Source of the DNA: Lama guanicoe
Lineage: Eukaryota
Direction of reading: 5' to 3'
Length of the DNA stretch: 64,000 nucleotides
NCBI GenBank assembly: GCA_013239625.1
Contig: MU053493.1
Span: 1,869,793 to 1,933,792 of the forward strand
Shown: positions 1 through 13,100 of the stretch, piece by piece
How positions within the stretch are numbered: position 1 is the first letter of the stretch
Layout: each line of letters begins with the position of its first letter
Notes under the pieces: model-generated
Database searches by the model: none
What the model saw: the letters and a program-made list of their open reading frames with translations, nothing else
What the model was told of the DNA's origin: nothing
Translations under genes and position numbers: made by a program

Positions 1-285
1 ATACATCATGCACACACACACCACACACATCATACACACACATCCTGCATACACCACACACACACACCACACACATCATATACATCATGCACACATACAC
101 ACCACACACATCATACATACACATCATGCATACACCACACACACCATGTACATCATGCACACACTACACCCACATACACAATATGCAGATACCATGCACC
201 ACACCACACGCTATACACACACAAATCATGTGTGCACACACACCACACACTCCACACCAAACATCACACGCTCCCACACACACAC
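1..285. repeat. Degenerate CA-rich tandem repeat (~40-bp unit, ACATCATGCACACACACACCACACACATCATACAC-like)
   Basis: The CATCATGCA/CACCACACACATCAT motif recurs at about 1, 40, 79 and 121; it explains the His/Thr-rich ORFs 8..298 and 87..446. Confidence 0.9.
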
Positions 286-3104
286 GTATGTTAGCTAACT
301 TGCCGTTTTCACTCAATCATAGGCTTTTATTCCTTCTGTCAGTACATATGGGCCGTCCTCTTTTAAAAAAAAGAAGTCTCAGAGTATTTCAGCACGTGGA
401 CTCCGCCATAATTTATTTAACCATTCTCCTATTTACGGGCACTTAGGTTGCTTCCAGTTTTTCAAAAGACTGCTGCAGTAAAAATCCTTAGACTCACACC
501 ATCTCTTGTATATGTGAGTACTCCTGGAAATGGATAGTTACTGGGTAAAAGAGTATGCATGTTTAAGTTTTTGATAGAGAAGGCTGAATTGCTTTTCTGA
601 AAGGCTTCCCTGGGACTCCTTCTAAAGAAATTAAAAAAAATTTTTTGAGAAAACCAGCAAAAAAAAATGTAATTCACCGCCGAACGCTAAATAGAGAGTG
701 CTACCCCCTCAGGCCATGAACTGTGAAATGCCACAGCCTGGGAGGGGCCGAGCACCCGGCAAAGGTTGATATGGTTTCTAATTTTCTTGTGCCCTCTTCC
801 TCCATCCCCCTCATCAAAAGAAGCAGTCCTGGGGAAAGATGAACAACCAAACTCCTGAGAATTTACTGATGTTCCTCAATTTGGAGAGGGGGTGACTGTG
901 ATGAAGGGGTTTGGGAAGGATGCCCCTGGAGCCTGGTGGCTCTCATCAAAGTCAGGAGAAATCCGTCCTCCACCAGGGTTGCTGCTCAGTGCCGTTCACA
1001 CTGCATTCTGGGAGAATCCCTTCGCTCCATCTTCCAGTTTACCTCAATGATATCCATTCTTACATTCAGCCTCCTGAATATCAGCCACCATATTTTTTTA
1101 ATGAGCCAGCATAATTATTTCTGCAGTTTTAGGGTTACAGAGAAGTGGAGCAGAAAGTTCCCATGTAGCCTCTAACCCCTCCCTCCTCTGGTTTTCCCTG
1201 TTATTATCATTTCAAGTTAACATGGTATATTAGTTACCACTGACGAGCCAATATTAATACAATTGTTATTATTATTATTAACTAAATTGGAGTCAGGTGC
1301 ACTCTTTGTGTTGTACATGCTCTGGGTTTTGACAAAAGCATCATGACTCCAACTGCCCTCCTTTTGTTTTCCCTAGATTGTTAATTATGTCTTTGTCTTG
1401 TTAACCTCTTCCAGTTTTAAGACTCCCCTTTGGTAACAGATTTTGGAGTTTTGCTTCCTGTGGTTTGGGAAAGGGCCAGGGTGTTGGCTCCCCTCTGGGG
1501 ACTGGTGCTCCCGTGGTGTCCTGGTCCCCTATCCTAGCCCCAAATTCTGACCCACTCAGATCTCAGCACTTTGTCACTCTGAGTATGTGAATGAGGAGGG
1601 AGGTGGGTGGGGACAGGAGGCATTTTCAGAATGAGAACCTGCCTCCTTTTCTGTTGGAAGAGGAATTAGCCTGTGTTGCAGACGGGAGCTGGGTGGCCAG
1701 CTTCCACCCAGGGCCTGCAGCTCCCTTGGCCATGCTTGGGACTCGGAGCTGTTCATATGTGAGCTGGGCCTGGTGGGGCTGGTGGTGGAGGGGAGCTGCC
1801 AGTGAATGTCCCCAGACCTGGTGTACATGGCCCTTCTGCCTGCCCAGCAAGTGGCCTGGGATGCCATCCAATGCTCCGCCCCTTGGAGTCCCTTCCCAGT
1901 CTTTGCCATTCCTTCCATTTATCCTCCCTTTTCTCTAAGGCTGTGTTTCAGGCTCATGCCCTCAGCTTGCTGGCCACAGTGGCCTTTTCAGTCTCTGGAG
2001 AGCTGTGCCTCTTAGAGGCCAGGCGCCAGAGGGAGCAGGAGAGGGAATGATTGTGAAAACTACAGAAACAAGACGGGCTGGGAAGTGGGTGGTTACCGCC
2101 AGAGTTCAGGGAAGCCTCTCCCAGTTGGGCTTTGAAGGATGAATAGGAGTTTATCAGTAAGATTCTAGAGGAGTGAAGAAGGGAATAGCTCAAACACTGG
2201 CTTGGAAGGTGTGAGACTTTGACAGCACGGGGTCTTGGGGGTCTGACAGGGGTGCGGCTGTAGTGGTGGGCAGAGCCTAGGCCTGGGAGCTCATGGGTCA
2301 GATTTGGTGACTGAGTGGTACGCACAGCACCATGTCTCCAGGGCCCCTTTAGAGTCCCTGGCTGTAGGTGGGGCAGGCACAGGTGTGGTCTGGCCTGGGT
2401 GTCATCTGCGTGGACAGGGACACCCTCACCGATCAGTATTTGAGCAGGCCTATGGTGGGTGGAGGCGGTCTGTGGTGGGACTTAGGAGACCTCCAGCTTG
2501 GTGGCCTGCGCGGAGGGCAGCAGCCGTCACGTTAGAGCTCAGGGACTCTCCTAAGTCATGGGGATCAGAGCCCTCATTGGACAGGCAGGGAGACCAGGGT
2601 GCCGGCGCTGGACACCCGTGGGGGGGCCTGAGCACCGTATCTCAGTGCCCCTATCATCCTCTGAGGGAGGGAGAGTGAGGTGTAGGGAGTTCTGCAGCCT
2701 TCCCTGGGTGTACGGGGCAGAGCTGCATCTGAGCCTCAGTCTGCAGCCCGGCTCCATGCAGAGGTCAGGCCGCCACTCACACCAGGGTGACCCTGGTCTG
2801 TGCGCTGTGTGCTGGCACTCTGGCCCAGGTGGGGAATGCTGTCACCCGCACACGGGGTGGCTTGTCCTGGGCACCGGCATGTGCACACGGTCATCCTTTC
2901 TTTGAAAAGATTTTGTTTCATATATTCTGTAGAATTCCCACCTCTACCCCCCGCCCCTGTACACACAATTTTAAGGTAAATAACCTAGTTGACAGTAAGC
3001 TCTGTACCTTGTGTAGCATTTTGCTTTTTTGGAAAAACAAGTTGGGAACAGACCTTGTGGAGTGTTTTTGTTTCCTGTCATAACAAATGGGAACTTGAAC
3101 TTAT

Positions 3105-3370
3105 TTTTTAAAAAAAGTTGAAGTGTAGTTGATTTGCAGTGTTTTGTTATTTTCTGATGTACAGCCAAGTGATTCAGTTACATACATATATATTTTTTCT
3201 TTTCCAGCTTCTTTTTCATTATAGGCTATTACAAGATATTAAATATGGTTTCCCATGCTATACAGTAGGACCTTGTTGTTTATTTACTTTATATGTAGTA
3301 GTTAGTATCTGCTAATTCCAAACTCCCAATTTATCCCTCCCCACCCCTCTTCCCTCTTTGGTCACCATAA
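3105..3370 (-). mobile_element. L1 3' end fragment
   Basis: Poly-T followed by ttgaagtgtagttgatttgcag...tacagtaggaccttgttgtttat, the reverse complement of an artiodactyl L1 3'UTR. Confidence 0.85.
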
Positions 3371-3439
3371 GGAAACCTGAACTATTAATGCCACGGGGTT
3401 TCCTGCATTTTCCTCCAAAAGGGTTAGAGAAATGCATTG

Positions 3440-4010
3440 CTCAGGAGCCCGAGCCCGGCCGCGACGGCCTGAAGTCCTTATTATCCGTGTTGCTGGCCTT
3501 CGGGAGCAGACAGGGCTGCCTTGAAAACTCGTGGACGGGACTCGTGATCGGCTTGTCATTCTTCGATTTGCAGAATGCGAGGCGGCTCTGCAGAACTGGG
3601 AGTTCTGCTCCAAGAGTCCCGAGCTGCGGGGAGCTTTGATGAGTGTGTGATCCTTCACCCGCGTCGGAGAACGTCCTTCTGCTCCTAAAAGAGCAGCGCT
3701 TGTGTGCCCGGCCCGCTGACGCCCGCGCGTCTCTTTCGTTTCAGGCTCCAGAGGACCGGAGCGCTGCTGCATCTGGGGTGGGCGAGCCAGCGCCGAGGCC
3801 AGGGCGGACCTGCGGATGGCCGAGGGTCCCCGGGCGCCGGCAGACTCCAGGTGAGTGGCCCCGCGGGTCCCCAGGGCGCCGGCCCGACGTGCGCGTGCGC
3901 GTGCGCACCAGCGCCTCCGCGCCTCCGCGCTCGCGCTGGACCAGGGCTGGGAGGACGGCCAGGTGCGCTGGTCTTTCTCCAGCAGACGCTCAAATGCAGC
4001 GACACGCAAG
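3440..4010. promoter_or_regulatory. CpG island / promoter with NRF1-like (GCGCGT)n tract and a consensus + strand splice donor
   Basis: Very high CpG density; CAG|GTGAGT donor at 3850/3851; alternating purine-pyrimidine tract ACGTGCGCGTGCGCGTGCGCAC at 3887-3908. Confidence 0.8.
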
Positions 4011-4799
4011 CTTTTCATTGCTTTCAGTTTTTACAAATTGACGGGGAGAAAGATGAGTTCCAGGCGTTCCCAGAGGACAGACAACGTGCATTTCCTGTGA
4101 CCCGTCCATCCCCCTTTTCAAACCCACCTGGTCCTCTTCTGCCGCCCTGGGTGGCCCCAGTCTGAGTGGTGCTGTTGCCCCCTTCGCGTTAGGGTGCTGA
4201 AGGGTCAGGTTTTGATACTAGGGGAAGGCTGGCCTCATAGAATGACTTGGGAAGTATTCCTTCCTCTTCTCATTTCTGAAATAGATCACAGAATTGATGT
4301 CACTTATTCCTTAAACGTTTGGTAGAATTCAGCAGAGATACCATCTGGGCCTGTTGATTTCTTTGGGGAAGATTAATTATTGATTCACTTTTTAAAATGC
4401 ATAAAGCTATTCCGTGTGTCTGTTTCTCTTTGTGTGAGTTTTGGTAGTACGTGTCTTTTAAGGAATTGGTCTGTTTTATACAGATGATCAAATTTGAGGG
4501 ACAGAGTTCTGTGTAGTTTATCCTTATATCATCCCTTTTCATGGGATATTATCCTTTTCTGTGGGATCAGTATTGATGACCCTCTTTCTTTTCTGGTATT
4601 GCGAGTTTGTGTCTTCTTTTCCTTGGTTAGCCTGGTCAATAAAGCAGATTTGTGGTTCATTGATTTTTTTTTTCTTTTCAATTTAGTTGATTTATGCTCT
4701 AATTTTTATAACATTTCTTTTACTTGTTTTAGGCTTCAGTTACTCTTTATTTTGTTTCTTAAGGTAGAAGCTTACCTTATTGATTTTATATCTTTCTTT

Positions 4800-5340
4800 T
4801 TCTTTTTTTTTGTATGTATATATTTTTATTGAAGTATAGTCAGTTTACAGTTTTGTGTCAATTTCTGGTGTACAGCATAATGCTTCAGTCATACATGAAT
4901 GTACATATATTTGTTTTTGTATTCTTTTTCACCATAAGTTACTACAAGATACTGAGTATAGTTCCCTGTGCTATACAGTATAAACTTGTTTATTTTATAT
5001 ATACTAGTTAGTATCTGCAAATCTTGAACTCTCAGTTTAACCCTTCCCACTCCCTTCTCTGGTAACCATGAATTTCTTTTCTATGTTTGTAAGTCTGTTT
5101 CTGTTTTGTAAATAAGTTCATTTGTCTTTTTAGTTTAGATTCCACATATGAGTGATATCATATGGTATTTTTCTTTCTCTTTCTGGCTTACTTCTCTTAG
5201 AATGATGATCTCCAGGTCCATCCATGTTGCTGCAAATGGCGTTGTTTTATTAGTTTTTATGGCCGAATAGTATTCCATTGTGTAAATATACCACAGCTTC
5301 TTTATCCAGTCATCTGTCGATGGACATTTGGGTTGTTTCT
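4800..5340 (-). mobile_element. Younger L1 3' fragment nested in old L1
   Basis: Poly-T, then ttgaagtatagtcagtttaca...ccatgttgctgcaaatggc 3'UTR sequence. Confidence 0.85.
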
Positions 5341-5562
5341 TTCTTCTTTTATAATCTATACATTTAATGCTATATATTTCAGTCTAAGTGCTGCTTTTGT
5401 TACATGATAGAAATCTTGACAAGCAGTATTTTGGTTTTCATTTAGTTAAAAAAAACTTAAAGAATCCTTTCTTTTGCTATCTCCTTGTGGACCCATGTGT
5501 TATTTAGAATTATGTTGTTTAATTTCCAGATATTTGGGAATTCCACCTATCTTCCTTTATTG

Positions 5563-5919
5563 ACTTACTTTTATTTTTTAGATTATGAGTTTTTTTTAAC
5601 ATTCTTTCTTACTGATGTATCAGTTACAGTGTGTCAATTTCTGGTGTACAGCATCATGTTTCAGTCATACATATACATACATATGTGCCTTTTCATATTC
5701 TTTTCCACTATATGTCACTACAAGATATTGACTATAGTTCCCTGTACTGTTCAGTAAAAAGTCCCACTATGGTTCCCTCTTTATGTTTCTAGTTGAAGAA
5801 GATCTTTTCTTCTAGGTTCCAGTCCTTTTTAATTGCTGGTTGTTTAGCAGTCGATTGTGGTTTTGTTGTGATTGGGAGAGGATCGTGGTCCTACTGCTTC
5901 ACCATCTTGACTGGAAATC
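5563..5919 (-). mobile_element. Internally deleted L1: 3' tail joined to an L1 5'-end-like segment
   Basis: 3'UTR at ~5590-5755 abuts a segment ending ...accatcttgactggaaatc (reverse CAAGATGG YY1-type 5' motif); flanking direct repeat CCTTTATTG at 5554-5562 and 5920-5928. Confidence 0.6.
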
Positions 5920-6035
5920 CCTTTATTGCTTTTTAGTTTAGTTCCATTCTGGTCTGAGAATATACTTTGAATTACTTCAGTTTTGTAGAAACTTGTTAAG
6001 GTGTGCTTTATAGCCCCAAATATGTTCTGTTTTGG

Positions 6036-6389
6036 TGTTATGAACTGAATGTTTGCATCCCCTCCCTAAAATTCACATGTTGAAATCATACCACTCAAGA
6101 TGATGCTGTTAGGAGGCGGGGCCATTGGGAGGTGATTGGGTCATGAGGGTGGAGCCCTCATGAATGGGATTAGTGGCCTTATGAAAGAAACCCCACAGAG
6201 CACCCTCGCCTCTCTGCCACATGAGGACACAACGAGATGTCTGAGACCCAGGAGAGAGCCCTCATCTGACCACACTATCACCCTGACCTTGGACTTCCAA
6301 CCTCCAGAACTGTGAAAAATACATTTGTGTTGTTTGTAAGCCACCTAGTCTATGGCATTTTGTTACAGCAACCCAAAAAGACTAAGACA
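6036..6389 (+). mobile_element. MaLR solo LTR (MLT1A-like)
   Basis: tgttatgaactgaatg...catgagggtggagccctcatgaatgggattag...gactaagaca. Confidence 0.85.
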
Positions 6390-6926
6390 GTTGATGACTG
6401 TTCATACAAGCTTGAGAAGAATGTGTATTTTGCTGTTGTTGGGTGGAATATTGTATGAACATCAGTTAGATCCAGTTGACTGATAGAGCTGTTCAGATGA
6501 CGCATCCTTGTTGATTTTCCACCTACTTGTTCTATCCGTTACTGACTGGGGATGTTGACGTCTCCAATTATAATAGTGGATTTGTCCACGTCTATTTTCA
6601 GTTCCATCAATTTTGCCATGCATATTCTCATGCTTTGTTGTTGGATGCATAGCCAGTTAGGATTGTGATGTCTTATTGGAGAATTGAATTGAATTGCATC
6701 TCATGCTGTAATGCCCCCTCTTTATCCCTGATAGCTTTCCTTGCTCTAAAGTTGGCTTTGTCTGAAATTAATATTGGTAGTCCAATTTTCTTTTGATTGG
6801 AGTCAGTGTGGTAAGTCTTTCTCCATCCCTTTACTTTTAACCTATCAGAGTCTTTACATTTAAAATGAGTTTCTTGTAGACAGCATATAGCTGGGTCTTG
6901 TATTTTTATCCACTCTGACAAACTAT

Positions 6927-7048
6927 CTTTTTTGGGGGGGAGTGAATTAGGCTTATTTATTTATCTTAATGGAAGGGCTGGGGATAGAACGCAGGACCTC
7001 GTGCATGCTAAGCATGCGCTCTGCCTCTGAGCTCTATCCTCCTCCCCC
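6927..7048 (-). mobile_element. tRNA-derived SINE (camelid Vic-1-like)
   Basis: Reverse A/B-box head (gcaggacctcgtgcatgctaagcatgcgctctgcc...gagct) and aattaggcttattt tail; degenerate TSD caaactatcttt/caaaccatcctt. Confidence 0.85.
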
Positions 7049-7497
7049 AAACCATCCTTTAATGGGTATATTTAGACCATCCACATTTAAAATGATTATT
7101 GATGTATTTAGACTGATATCAGGCTTTTCAATCACTGTCTTCTGTTCTTGCCAAAGGTTTATTTTTCTCCTTTCTCTGGTTTTCATTGACGATTTTATAG
7201 GAATTAATTATATTTCTCTTAGCTTGTCAAGTTCACTTCTTTGAAAATTTTTTAGTGTTTGCCTGAGAGTTTACAAGACACATTTTAAAGCAATCTAAGT
7301 CTACCTTCAAATGACACCATACTTCTTCCAATTTAGTGCAAATACCTTAAAACAGAGTGTCCCCACTTCCTCCTCCCCGTCCCTGGTGGTACTGCCATGG
7401 TTCATTTCATTTACCTAGAAGTTAGAATCACCACAATACTTTGTTACTATTAAAGCTTTAAATAAGCAGTTATTTTTTAGATCAAATAAGAGTAAGA

Positions 7498-7650
7498 AGG
7501 GAAAGGGCATGGCTCAGTGGTAGAGTACATGCTTAGCAGGCATGAGGTCCTGGGTTCAATCCCTGGTCCCTCCATTAAAATAAGTAAATAAATGAATGAG
7601 TGAATAACCTAATTACCTCCTGCCCCCCAAATTAAAAGTAAATAAGTAAA
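7498..7650 (+). mobile_element. tRNA-derived SINE (Vic-1-like)
   Basis: ggctcagtggtagagtacatgcttagc...gaggtcctgggttcaatccc followed by aacctaattacctcc tail. Confidence 0.9.
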
Positions 7651-8964
7651 TAACATCACACACTCTTCCTTTCTTTATATAGATTCAGGTTTCCAACCTG
7701 TATAACATTCCTTTTGCATGAAGAAAAATCTTTTAATGTTTGTTTCAGGGTATGTCTGCTGGAGACAGAGTCCTTCAGTATCTATTTGGCTGAGAAAGGT
7801 TTTGTTTCTCCTTCACTTTTGAAAGATAATTTTGCTGGGTATAGAAATCTAGGTGAGTGGGCTTTTGTTTTTTCCTTTTACAGCTTTGAAGGTTTTCCTC
7901 TCCTCCCTTCCTGATGGCCCATGAGAGGTCTGCTGTCATTCTTACCTTTGTTCCTTTATGGACAAAATGTTTCCCCATCTTCCTCTGGCTTTTTTATTGA
8001 TATTGATTTTCTCTTTGGTTTTCTGCAGTTTGAGTATGATATGCCTAAATATAGTTGATTTGTTTAAGTATTTATTCCACTTGGTGTTCTTTGAGGTTCC
8101 TGGATCTGTGCTTTGGTGTCTGTTGTTAATTTTAGAAAAAATTTCGGCCATTATTACCTCAAATATTTTTTCTTCTTCATTCTCTTTTGTTTCCTTTTGG
8201 TCCTCTGATTGGACATGTGTTGTATCTTTTGATATTGTCCCCTGATGCTTGGATGCTCTGATACGTCTCTACTCCTGCCCCACAAAGACCTTTTTCCCCT
8301 CTGCATTTCAGACTCTGTTGACTTATCTTCAGGCTCACTGATTTTCCCTCAGCCATGCTGAGTCTCCTGATGAGCTCATCAAAGGCATTCTTCCTTTCTA
8401 TTACCAATTTTTTTTTAAATTCTAGCATCTCTTTTTGATCTTTCTTAGACTTTCCATCTCGCTGCTTACATTACCCATCTGTTCCCACATGCTGTCTACT
8501 TTCCCCATTGGAACCCTTAACATATTAATTGTAGTTACTTTAATTTCACAGTCTGATCATTCCAATGTCTGTGTCATAACTAAGTATGGTTGTGATGCTT
8601 GATTTATCTCTTTAGCATGTGTTTTTTTAATAGTGAAATTAGAAAATTGTTTAGATAAAAGTGAATTTACTGAAATATAAAATTAACCATTTTCTGTTCT
8701 AATATTTGAAAGTCAGAACAGTTTGCCTGCTTTGTTTTAGTATTTGCAAGGAAAAATTGGACTTTGTCGCTAATGCAGTGGTACCATTTTCAAGATTAAC
8801 GGAATTTCAGTGTTCCAGAGATTGCCAGTTATTGAGATCTGTAAGGACTTCAAATGGGCATGGCTTTCTTGTGGTGTGTTTTTAAGGTCCTTGAATTTAC
8901 AGTCACCTCTGAGCTTCTGTCTTGAGTACTTTCCACGTACCTTGTAGTTGTCAGCTTAGGGCAG

Positions 8965-10100
8965 ATTTTTAAAAATTGAAGTATAGTTGATTTACAATAT
9001 TGCATCAGTTTCAGGCATATAGCAACCCGATGTGGTTATACATGTCTGTGTATATATCTATATTCTTTTTTACAATTTTTTTACCTTTTATTAAAATTGA
9101 AATATAGTTGACATACAATATTATGTCAGTTTCAGCTGTATAACATAGTGATTTGACATTTAAATACATTATGAAATGATCATCATTTTATGTCTAGCTT
9201 TACTTATTATATGCCTGATCATATTTTCTATTTCTTTTTTAGCTTTTATTTATTTTTAATTTTTAAAAAATATGCATATATGTACTGTTCATTGTTTCTA
9301 AGAATAGTTTAGAGCTTTAGCTTTTTAAGCTTACATAGTTATCAAAGGAATAAAGCCAATCACAAAATAAGAATCAACAGAATGCAGTAATCCAGTCATA
9401 ATGGACAGTCAAATGTGCTTACACATACTTAAGAAATCAGTCATCTGCTTTAAATAATAAATAGTTCATTTGTGTCCTTTCTTTTTAAATTCCACATATA
9501 AGCGATATAGCATTTTTCTTTCTCTTTCTGGCTTACTTCACTTAGAATAATGATCTTGGGGTCCATCCATGTTGCTGCAAATGGCATTATTTTATTCTTT
9601 TTTATGGCTGAGTAGTAGTCCACTGTATAAATATACCACAAGTGCTTTATCCAGTCATCTGTTGATGGATGTTTAGGTTGTTTCCATGTCTTGGCTACTG
9701 TAAATAGTGCTACTATGAATATTAGGGTGCATGTATCCTTTCAAGTTGGTTTTCTCCAGATATATGCCCAGGAGTGTTATTGCTGGATCATATGGTAGGT
9801 CTATTTTTAGTTTTTTGAGGAACCTCCATACTATCCTCCATAGTGGCTGCACCAATCTACAACTGTGTTTTTAAAAAAATTCTTTTCCATTATAGTTTAT
9901 TACAATATAGTGAATATAATTCCATGTGCTGTACAGTAAGACCTTGTTTATCTGTTTTTTATATAGCAATGTATATCTGCTAATGCCGAAATCCTAATTT
10001 ATTCCTTCCTCCCTCCCTCTTTGGTCACTGTAAGTTTGTTTCCTATGTCTGTGAGTCTGTTTCTGTTTTGTAAATAAGTTCATTTGTATCATTTTTCAAC
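8965..10100 (-). mobile_element. Cluster of nested L1 3' fragments
   Basis: Two attgaa(g/a)tatagttga starts at ~8975 and ~9095; minus ORFs 9450..9641 and 9673..9855 match the L1 ORF2 C-terminus ([23 protein letters not shown]). Confidence 0.85.
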
Positions 10101-13100
10101 ATATGGGTTTTAAAAACATTATTCATCTTGGGGGTGGGTCCTTGGACATGCTTGGTAATTCATTGTTGAGAGCCAGGTATGTTCTATTGGAAAACAGGAA
10201 GTGAGGGAGCAGGCCTTCCTCGGGAGGCTTTGTGTAAATCTCATTAGGAGCTGGGCTGGGTGGTGTGTCTGCTAAGGCTGTAGGTGCAGAGGCTTCTGGC
10301 TCCCCTGGTGGCCTTGGTTGGGCCGCCCCTCTGGACACTGGGCTTCCCTTGGTGCTGTTCCTCAGAGAGAGTGTGTCTTGGAGCTCCTTGAGCTGGAATC
10401 GGCTGTTATCAGGCGGGAGTGAGAAGATCTTGTCTTATACTGGTGCGGTGGTAAGATGTGGGGGAGGGGAGCAGTTTCTTATCTTATGATTAAATCTCCA
10501 TCTTTAGGGGGAGATCTGTGTTCCCAGGCTGTGACCTTTACAAGTGACTTTCTTGTGTAGCTTTTCCAACTCCCCTTAGGTGACGCGGGAGGGCTGGAGG
10601 GGCTGCAGTGAGAGGGGTGCCCTTCCCCCATGGCTCCAGACAACGTCCTGTCAAATCTTATCCCCCTCCACCCCTGCACAGTAGGCTTCGTGGTGGAGAA
10701 GGCTCTGGGTGTGTTTCCTAAAGCCTCCCTTCCCCTCCCTCTGCTGGAGCTCCAAGGAGATGTTTCTGACTCTTTAGATTTCAGGGGAATCAGTCTACAA
10801 ACTCAGTTCATGGATGGACCCAAGAAAAGTCATTGATTTTCAGTTTGTCCAGCTTTATCTTCTTAGAAGGCGGTGAACGATGACTTTCAAGCCCTTTGCA
10901 GGTTGGGTTGAAATCTAGTCCCTCCTTGGCTATGATTTTCCTCGTGACTCTTGTCACCACCTGGAATCCTGTTTGTTACTTGGTTCTCTCTACGTATGGT
11001 TCCCCTACATTTTGGGATTGCAATAGTGGGCCTTCTGTGCATCCAGAAAAACAGAATTATAAAAAAGAGGAAAGAAAAACAGAATCGCCCCCGTCCTCTG
11101 TTGTCTTGTCAGTGATTGCGTCTCACGAACAGATTTTTAAACCGCTGCCATCTGTCCCGCTCTTCATTGCAAATGGAAAACATATTATTTTCCTAATTGC
11201 ATCAGGGGAAGGGGGGAAAATAGGTCTTCCGGAAGGACCAGTGTTCTCGAATGAGGCAGCTTGGCTCTGACACCCACTCACTAAAGAGAATGTTGCTTCT
11301 TTGTTCAGGTTGAAGCATTTATAGTGCTTATGTGCTTAAAGGGTAAGACTGGCCCACTTACATCTATATAACAGGAAGTTGGAAGTGACCCAGTTGACAC
11401 CGAGGCCCCAGAGGCCCAGTCCCCCCACCTCTCTGATGGCCTAGCCCCCAGCCCTGCCAGCACGGGTGGGAGTGGGCTGTCGGGGGTGCTTTGCTGTGAC
11501 CCCTGCTGCTGCTGGGAGCCTCTCCAGATGCAGGCCAGCTTTCAGGACTGTTTTCAGTGAGGTTCGTCCAGGCTGGCACTGAGCTGGTATTGCCGACCAC
11601 CAAGCTGGGGGACCGGGTGCCAGACCCGAGCATCCCTCCCAGCTGATGGACGTGGGCAGCATCTTCTGTGATTCTGAACCGTGTTTGGACTAACAGAGAA
11701 CAGATTGCGTGTGTGGATGGCTCACGTGGAGTCCTGTGGCTGGAGGACACCAGGTCCAAAGCCTGCTGGAGGAGGGCGTGTCCCCCTGTCCCCTGTGGGG
11801 CTGATGCTGGTGTCCCTCTGAGACTTCACAGCCTGAAGCCACTGTCCCCACGACATCGAATCACCAGGGCTGCTAAGAAACAAGGAGGAATAGCTTTATG
11901 TTTCCTGCCGCTGTCCCTCCAAAACTGCCCTGAGGGCTAGTTCTTCCCCTGCCCAGACGACCCTGCGGAGAGGTCCTGGAGCTTTCTGTTGTCCTAAGGT
12001 GATAAAGTGTGGTCTGCTTGCTTCAGTGCCAGGAACAGTCTCATTTCAGGAATGAAAGTGGGTCATCGTGGGATCTCTGGGGCACCTCCCACCTGTCTTG
12101 GGAGCGGGCGGTGGATGGAGGGCTCTGTGTGTGTGTCCTCTTTTCCCTTCTTTTGCCTCCGTCTCCGGTAACCAGGGACACAGCATCTGGGCAAAGGGCA
12201 GTCCTATCACTTATGGGCCGGTGGGCACTCTCAGGGTCCCACAGATTTGTAACTCTGCCTTGTGCACTTTTGTAGGTCCCTCAGAGTAGCTGCAGCTGGA
12301 AGTTGCAGCTCATCCCCATGGCCCGGGGGACATCTCACTGGGCTGGTGTTCGTGACTGCGTGGATATACCCCTGGGCCCCACAATAGCCCACACCCCACA
12401 CCCACACCCACGCATCCTACTCTCTTGGGAACATGATTCAGCCATGACCTCCTGCCTGTGGCTTCTCCTGAGACCCAGGCACCAGCCCCCAGATGCTGGG
12501 AACTCAGGACAGCTGTCTGAGGGGTCTGGAAGCCCTGCTCCGAATATGAGATGGAGTCACCTGCCCCTCCTCATGGAGCACAGTCCTGCAAAGAAAGCCC
12601 CCACCCCCTGCCCTTTCTCCTGGTCTCTTGTGGGCCAGATCATTAGGAGAACAGGCTTGGGAGGGCGGCGGAGGACATGGGCATACTCGCTCCCTCTGCA
12701 GGCGCTAGAGGGTGGCAGGATGCTGAACATCTGTCCCTTGGCCCCTAGTTGGTCATTCTGCAGCTCCTGGACTTTCAAGGAGGCCTAAGAATGGGAAGGC
12801 ATGGGGGTGGGCGGGAGCGGCCAGCTAAAGACCCTTGTGAGGTAGAGGGAGCCTGGTGCCCCTGCCCAGTGAAGCAAGATTGACCGGGGTGACCTTGCAT
12901 CCTTGTCCTCTGCCCACTGGGACTGGGTGCTGGCACCACGGGTTCAGGTCATCACTGCACTGTCAACAAGGCAGTCCTGCCATGCCAGGAGGGGGCTGGA
13001 GAGACTCTCTCATTTCCCCAAGCTGGAAGTCATGACCGTTTCTGAAGTTTGTTGAGCCACAGGTTTCTGGAGTTGTCTCTCTGTGAGGGTCCAGAGCGGT

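Larger units (their letters stand above)
4200..10920 (-). mobile_element. Old fragmented L1 (L1MC/L1MD-like): 5'UTR, ORF1, ORF2 endonuclease and downstream region, with nested younger insertions
   Basis: Minus ORF 6673..6921 (DPAICCLQETHFK...LKVKGW) is L1 endonuclease; 8177..8428, 7942..8151 and 7775..7978 are ORF1-like; 4300..4542 is ORF2-like; 10140-10920 resembles an L1M 5' region. Confidence 0.85.

Noticed and set aside
8..446. His/Thr-rich ORFs
   Set aside because: Translation of the CA-rich tandem repeat
3362..4165. Long ORFs (218 aa minus; 153 and 132 aa plus) over the CpG island
   Set aside because: Overlapping Arg/Ala/Pro/Gly-rich frames on both strands are expected from high GC; no recognisable domain
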